A DNA stretch of 64,000 nt from the human T2T-CHM13v2.0 reference genome, Homo sapiens. The position numbers and the translations under genes were made by a program. Positions 55,836-64,000 of the stretch are shown here, piece by piece. The number at the start of each line of letters is the position of its first letter. The first letter of the stretch is position 1. The stretch lies in assembly GCF_009914755.1 (NCBI RefSeq), contig NC_060942.1; one strand, written 5' to 3'. The notes below the pieces were generated by a model, which saw nothing but the letters and a program-made list of their open reading frames with translations, had not been told where the DNA came from and did no database searches.

Positions 55836-56966
55836 CAAAATTTAGTTCCATACATCTAAAGGTTTATACCCAACAAACAAGTAAACACAGCTTGCTGAGA
55901 GATTTTCAGATATTAACAATTTCCTTGGTTTATATTTAACTTTTTAAATTAATTATATTGTTACTGCCCAGTATATGTCTTTACAGATAGGAAATTCCAG
56001 AATCAGCCTTCCAGTGGAAAATTCACCCATGCAGATGATCAACTGTGAAATCTGTGTGCAACTTTGTGAAAGAAAATCAAATTTAGAATCAACGGCAGGG
56101 CTTTTGGACGTAACTATTCCATCTCAAGGCCCATATTAACTGAAAATTGCTCTGGTGGAGTTATAAGCTGACATCTGCAAAGAATTTTCAGCAACGACTG
56201 TTATCTAACACCTGCCTCTCCAATTAAGGATACTGACCTTTTTGAAGTTTTAAGGAAGGGTGGTTTTTTAAATTTGTTTCTCTTTGGTTATTTTAAAATT
56301 GATCTTTATATCGTCCTTGGACATCCAACCCTAAATCACAGAGTACACGCTCTCAATTTAATCACATTGAGATGAGTCAAGTAGTCAAGGAAAGGTTGTC
56401 AGAAATAGCTTACAAAGAAAGGCCTGGGGTAATGAAGTGTAGGCGAACTAAGAAGCTATCTGAAAGTTGTGCTCCCCTTGGCTTGTTAGCAAATCCTCTA
56501 CAGTTTCTCTTCTTAATAGAGAACTAACGATGCCTCATGTCTGTATTTCTCAGGGGATTCTGGGAGTTGGAAGAGGCCAACTTTTCCTACCTGCAGTTTG
56601 AAGATTAAGGACTTAGAGATTTGTTGAGAGGCTGCTTCCGAGAGGTTACTGATACACTGAGGACAGGAACTACTGACTACTCTGAATGAGGGAAAAACAT
56701 CCAGTTTGGGGTGATCCTGTTTTGCAATGGCAGCTGTCAGCCATAACATGGTGGGAAATAACGGTAAATAAACCTCCTGTGATTGGCAAGAATATAAAAA
56801 AAGGTCGTGAATTGTGAATTCTTAGGTCTACTTGAGAGAAGACATATTTAGAAAAACATCAAATCATTAAACAACCTGCTTTTGAATAAAATCTAAATGA
56901 ACCAAACTCTTTAGCAAATGTCCATTTTGAAAATTTAGCTTTTTGGTTAATTGTATATTTATAAGT

Positions 56967-57433
56967 TATATTAGCTTCCTATTCTGCTGTCACAAATCAC
57001 CACAAAGTGAGTGCCTTAAAAGAACACGAATTTACTATCTTATAGTCTGAAGGTCAGAAGTCCAGAATGGATCTTACGGGGCTAGAATCAAGGTGCTAGC
57101 AGGACTGGTTTCTTCAGGAAACTCTAGAAGATAATCTGTTTCTTGCTTTGTCCCACTTCCAAAGGCTACTGGCCTTGGTTTGTGGCCCCATCACGCCCAC
57201 CTCTGCTTCTTGTCATTATATTACCTTGTCTTCTGATTCTGACACCTCCTGTATCCCTTTTATAAGGACCCTTGTGATTACATCAGGCCCAACTGACTAA
57301 TCCAGAATAATCTCCCCACTCAAAATCCTTAACACATTTGCAAAGTCCCATTTGTCATGTAAAATAACACTTATGATTCTAGGGTTTAGGATGTGGGACA
57401 TCTTTGGGGAGCTCTTATTCAGCCTATGAAACA
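56967..57433 (-). mobile_element. MLT1D-like solo MaLR LTR
   Basis: attagcttcctattctgctgtcacaaatcaccacaaa...ggggctagaatcaaggtg...ttataaggacccttgtgattacatcaggccc...taatccagaataatctcccc. Confidence 0.85.
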
Positions 57434-57864
57434 AGTCAACTCTTCCTTTTTTAGCCATGTGGTTCTAAATCTTTCTGATTAAATAATTCAACTTTCCTGA
57501 CTCATGAATTAAGTACTATGTTGCAAAATATGGAGTCTTTTTTGTCATCCAAGGATTTCCATTGCCCAGAGTGATTAATTTGAACAGTGAGTTTTCACTG
57601 TGGAGTATTAAAGATGCAAATGGTGCAAAGCTGTGCTCTAACCAGGAAGGAAAAGCCTCCGATGGCAGGGACAACCTCAGAAGAGAGTGGCCTATGGCAG
57701 AGAGCTGCCTAGTGCTGTCTTCCAGTGGGAAGGAAAACTTGGGGCCCAGAAAGCAGGGCTGGGCTTGTCTGGGAGGGGTGTCATCATGGGGAGATTCACT
57801 CTTGTAAAATTTCCTCTCAGTTCCACCAAAGCACATCCTAAGACAGACTGCATCCAGAGTAATC

Positions 57865-58025
57865 ACAAGATGTTAGGTGAGGCTTTAAAAATCATGATGT
57901 CTAGGCCTCTCACTTTGCTGATGAGGAAACTCAGTTCTGGAGAAGTGAGGAGACTTTCTCAGGGTTTCTAAGCAGGACTGGCAGAGCCAGGACTGGAACC
58001 CAGCTCTCCCACCTTGCCACACCAT
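57865..58025 (-). mobile_element. MIR (MIR3/MIRc-like)
   Basis: ctctcactttgctgatgaggaaactcagttctggagaagtgagg...ggcagagccaggactggaacccag. Confidence 0.7.
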
Positions 58026-60239
58026 GTTCTTTGCATTCCATGATGGTACTGTCTACATAAAAGAGGAACATATCATTCAGCCAAGACCCAGGGACTCAAG
58101 ATTCTTATATTCTGATCTTTGATTATGAAAGATTAAAGATTCAAATTTCCTATACCATTTCCTTTAAGTACATGCTGCAGTTTACCTAAAACTGTTCTGC
58201 TCACAGCCTGAAAGCAAGGGTCAGTCGTATGGCCAGTGTCTCTTCCCTTCAGACTTAATGAGGGTGGGAGGATGGACACCTTCACTGTCCCATTTTTGTT
58301 TTCTTTTGTAGTTATTGCAGCTCAAGAGACCAAGGGAATGCTGACTATTTGACTTGGAGGTTTCAGGAGTCAAATGTGCTTTGATCAGTGTGATACCTTA
58401 TCTCCAGACATGCAGTTTCACACAATCATCAAATTAATTATCAGGGATTCCAGCTTTTCCTATTGAATCTTCACCAAATTTTAGTGGCTCAATCCCTGCA
58501 GGTTGCAATGTCCAGCTCTTCAGCAGTGAGTAAAGACCATCCAGTGGAGAAAGAAGGAAAAATGTAGTTAGTGTTCTAATTGATAGAGCATTTACTTCCT
58601 CTGGCCTGGTTCACCTAAACATACTTGTAGTCAGAAACTCATCACTCCCCTAACTAATCCACATATCTATTTGCCAGGCACCTTTTGTACAGCACTCTTA
58701 AATCCCAAGAGCTTTTGTGATGGGGATGCTTTTTAAGGAATCCGTCAAGAATTGGAGAGGGGTCTTAATGCTTCCAAAGTCAGCAGCCCATTGTTGAAGA
58801 CGATTGAAGAGTCCCATCCCACATTCCTGACTTCCATATGCATTCTGACAGTGACATTATTCATGCCAAGGTGAGGTCAGTGGCCGCACACCCCCAGCCA
58901 TGGCAGTAGAGAGTGGCATTAACTTTGAACTTCACCCTCCCAGCTCAGAGCCAGGGCTACCCTGAAAGCTGTATCTCAGAAGGCTGCACAAAGCGGCAGG
59001 TGTTTAAAGAAGCAAAGAGGCAAAGCATGTTGTTAGGAAAAATTGTCCCCAAGCCCTGAATTGGCCTTTTATCACCATCACTCTGGCTTAAAAACCCCTG
59101 TAATGTGTGGCTTTCAAAAAGGGGGAGCTAAGTTTAGTGGCTGATGCCCTGCCAAGAGCTTTATAATGCATAGAATAAAAAAAGATGAAACGTTTCTCCA
59201 GCTACATTGCTTTCCCCCCCCACCCTGATTCCCTTCCCTGGGGGGAGAATCATAAACACAGACAGCAGAATGACGCCCCTTTATTATTCCTCTGAGCTCT
59301 TTCTCTGCAGATGACCTATAGAAGTGATTTAACATAGAACTGTTGGAGTTCCCACACTTCCGCGTGTTCCTCCGGCCGAGGCTGGTTGATTTCTTTGGGG
59401 TGTTATAACTATGACCTGCTCCATTAAGTAGCAAACAAAGTCCAGCTGGATATATCAAGCTCAGCTGGACTCTTTGCTTTCACACAACCTGCTTGATTAG
59501 GAGAATCGCTGTGCCCTTGTCACACGGCGCCTCGTGCAGTCTGCAAAGATTGGGCTGCCATTGATTTCTGCATAATATGGATTCACACTGCCTTTCCACA
59601 ACAGCGTGGCTTTCACACCCCACAATAACCTGGCAAGGATTGTTTTTTCTTTCCAATCTTCTGCTGCTTCAGACTTACACTGGAGTTTAGTTCTAAAAAT
59701 TTGTCCCTCCTAGAGGTAATGTGTGGCTTATTACCCAGCACTTTACGACGCATTAATTGCAGCTTGATTTAGACATTTCCCATTTGGTGACTTAGTTACA
59801 ATTGTACAAACATGTCATGCTCTAAGTCAATAACGTGGGGGCAGAAAAAGAGCAAAACAACTGTGAATGCCTTGTTCTTCTCATGGGAAGGACCAGGGCA
59901 ATTGTTACAGTAACATGATGCTATTTGTTTACTGGGAAGGGGTGTTTATCTAGCTCCTTTCCTTAGAGTTGTTATTCACCCTGGACCAGTTGTCTTCAGT
60001 AGCCTTACCTTTCATTTCTACGCCTATTTCCTTGTTAGAGAAAAACCCACAAAGCTTAAAAATTAGTTCAGCAAGGTAGAGAAGTTTTATTAAACACGCC
60101 AAGATATTTCACATAATATGCCAATCAAGGGGACAAAATATGGCATTTGGTTAGCCAACTCTTACCTTGATTCCATTATGATTTTAATTTAAGGCACCTT
60201 TCTTACATGATTAAGGAAGAATGAGTCAGAGTCATTTCA

Positions 60240-60497
60240 GTGTTATGTACATAGTGATTATTAGTGCCTATAATGAAAAATTGAAAAATAACATAAACTA
60301 CTGGAATATCCACTGTAGAAATCCAACAATGAAGTTGTAATAAATAAATTATGGCTTATTCATACTGTGGAACAATATTCAGTCATTAAAATGATTTAAA
60401 ATTATATTTTATTAGATGTTATATTATTTAGTGAGAAAAGTTACAGAACAAGTTTATATTATAATGCCATCCTTTCCCTGAACAACAACAAAAAAAT
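60240..60497 (+). mobile_element. Old L1ME-like 3' fragment (continues at 63940-64000)
   Basis: aataaattatggcttattcatactgtggaacaatattcagtcattaaaatga...ttagtgagaaaagttacagaaca; resumes ...ggaaagtgtattccaaaatgtt. Confidence 0.6.
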
Positions 60498-60504
60498 ACT
60501 CTAA

Positions 60505-63818
<3,314 letters not shown>

Positions 63819-64000
63819 AGAAGGCTGAGGCAGAAGGGTTGCTTCAGCCAGGAGTTTGAGTCCAGCCTGAGCAACATAGCAGGACTCTATCTGTAAAAAA
63901 TAAAAATAAAAACAAATAAAATAAAATAAAAACTCTAAATATGCATGTTTTCCAGAAATATATATCAAAAGAGTTTTAGGAAAGTGTATTCCAAAATGTT

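Noticed and set aside
55662-55859. Glu/Gly-rich ORF resembling RPGR ORF15-type repeats
   Set aside because: Translation of a polypurine simple repeat starting in an LTR; no exon context.

Overview
Non-coding primate (human-like; AluY present) genomic DNA, intergenic or deep-intronic in character. I found no credible host protein-coding exon. The long ORFs are broken L1 ORF2 pieces, and the short ones are Alu/LTR/low-complexity artefacts or unsupported. A large part of the window is interspersed repeat: two 5'-truncated L1PA copies (37.6-40.7 kb, 60.6-63.8 kb), a twin-primed inverted L1, six Alus plus a FLAM monomer, many MIR/L2/L1M relics, MaLR/ERV LTRs, DNA-transposon relics (MER20, MER44A, Zaphod, two complementary MADE1 halves), a 3'-truncated U2 snRNA retrocopy and several microsatellites. 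Repeat family and subfamily names come from my recall of consensus sequences, not a database search, and boundaries of old repeats are approximate. I see no firm evidence for a new biological system. The best leads are: (i) two complementary MADE1/Hsmar1 halves bracketing ~9.8 kb; (ii) a perfect 19-bp-arm, pre-miRNA-sized hairpin built of forkhead-type motifs at 24.4 kb; (iii) a spliced, polyadenylated-looking unit with a strong-Kozak 51-aa smORF at 2.7-3.1 kb; (iv) a CpG-retaining unique block with a hairpin at 59.2-59.9 kb; (v) a three-level nested L1M>FLAM>L1PA insertion. The locus cannot be named from the sequence alone.
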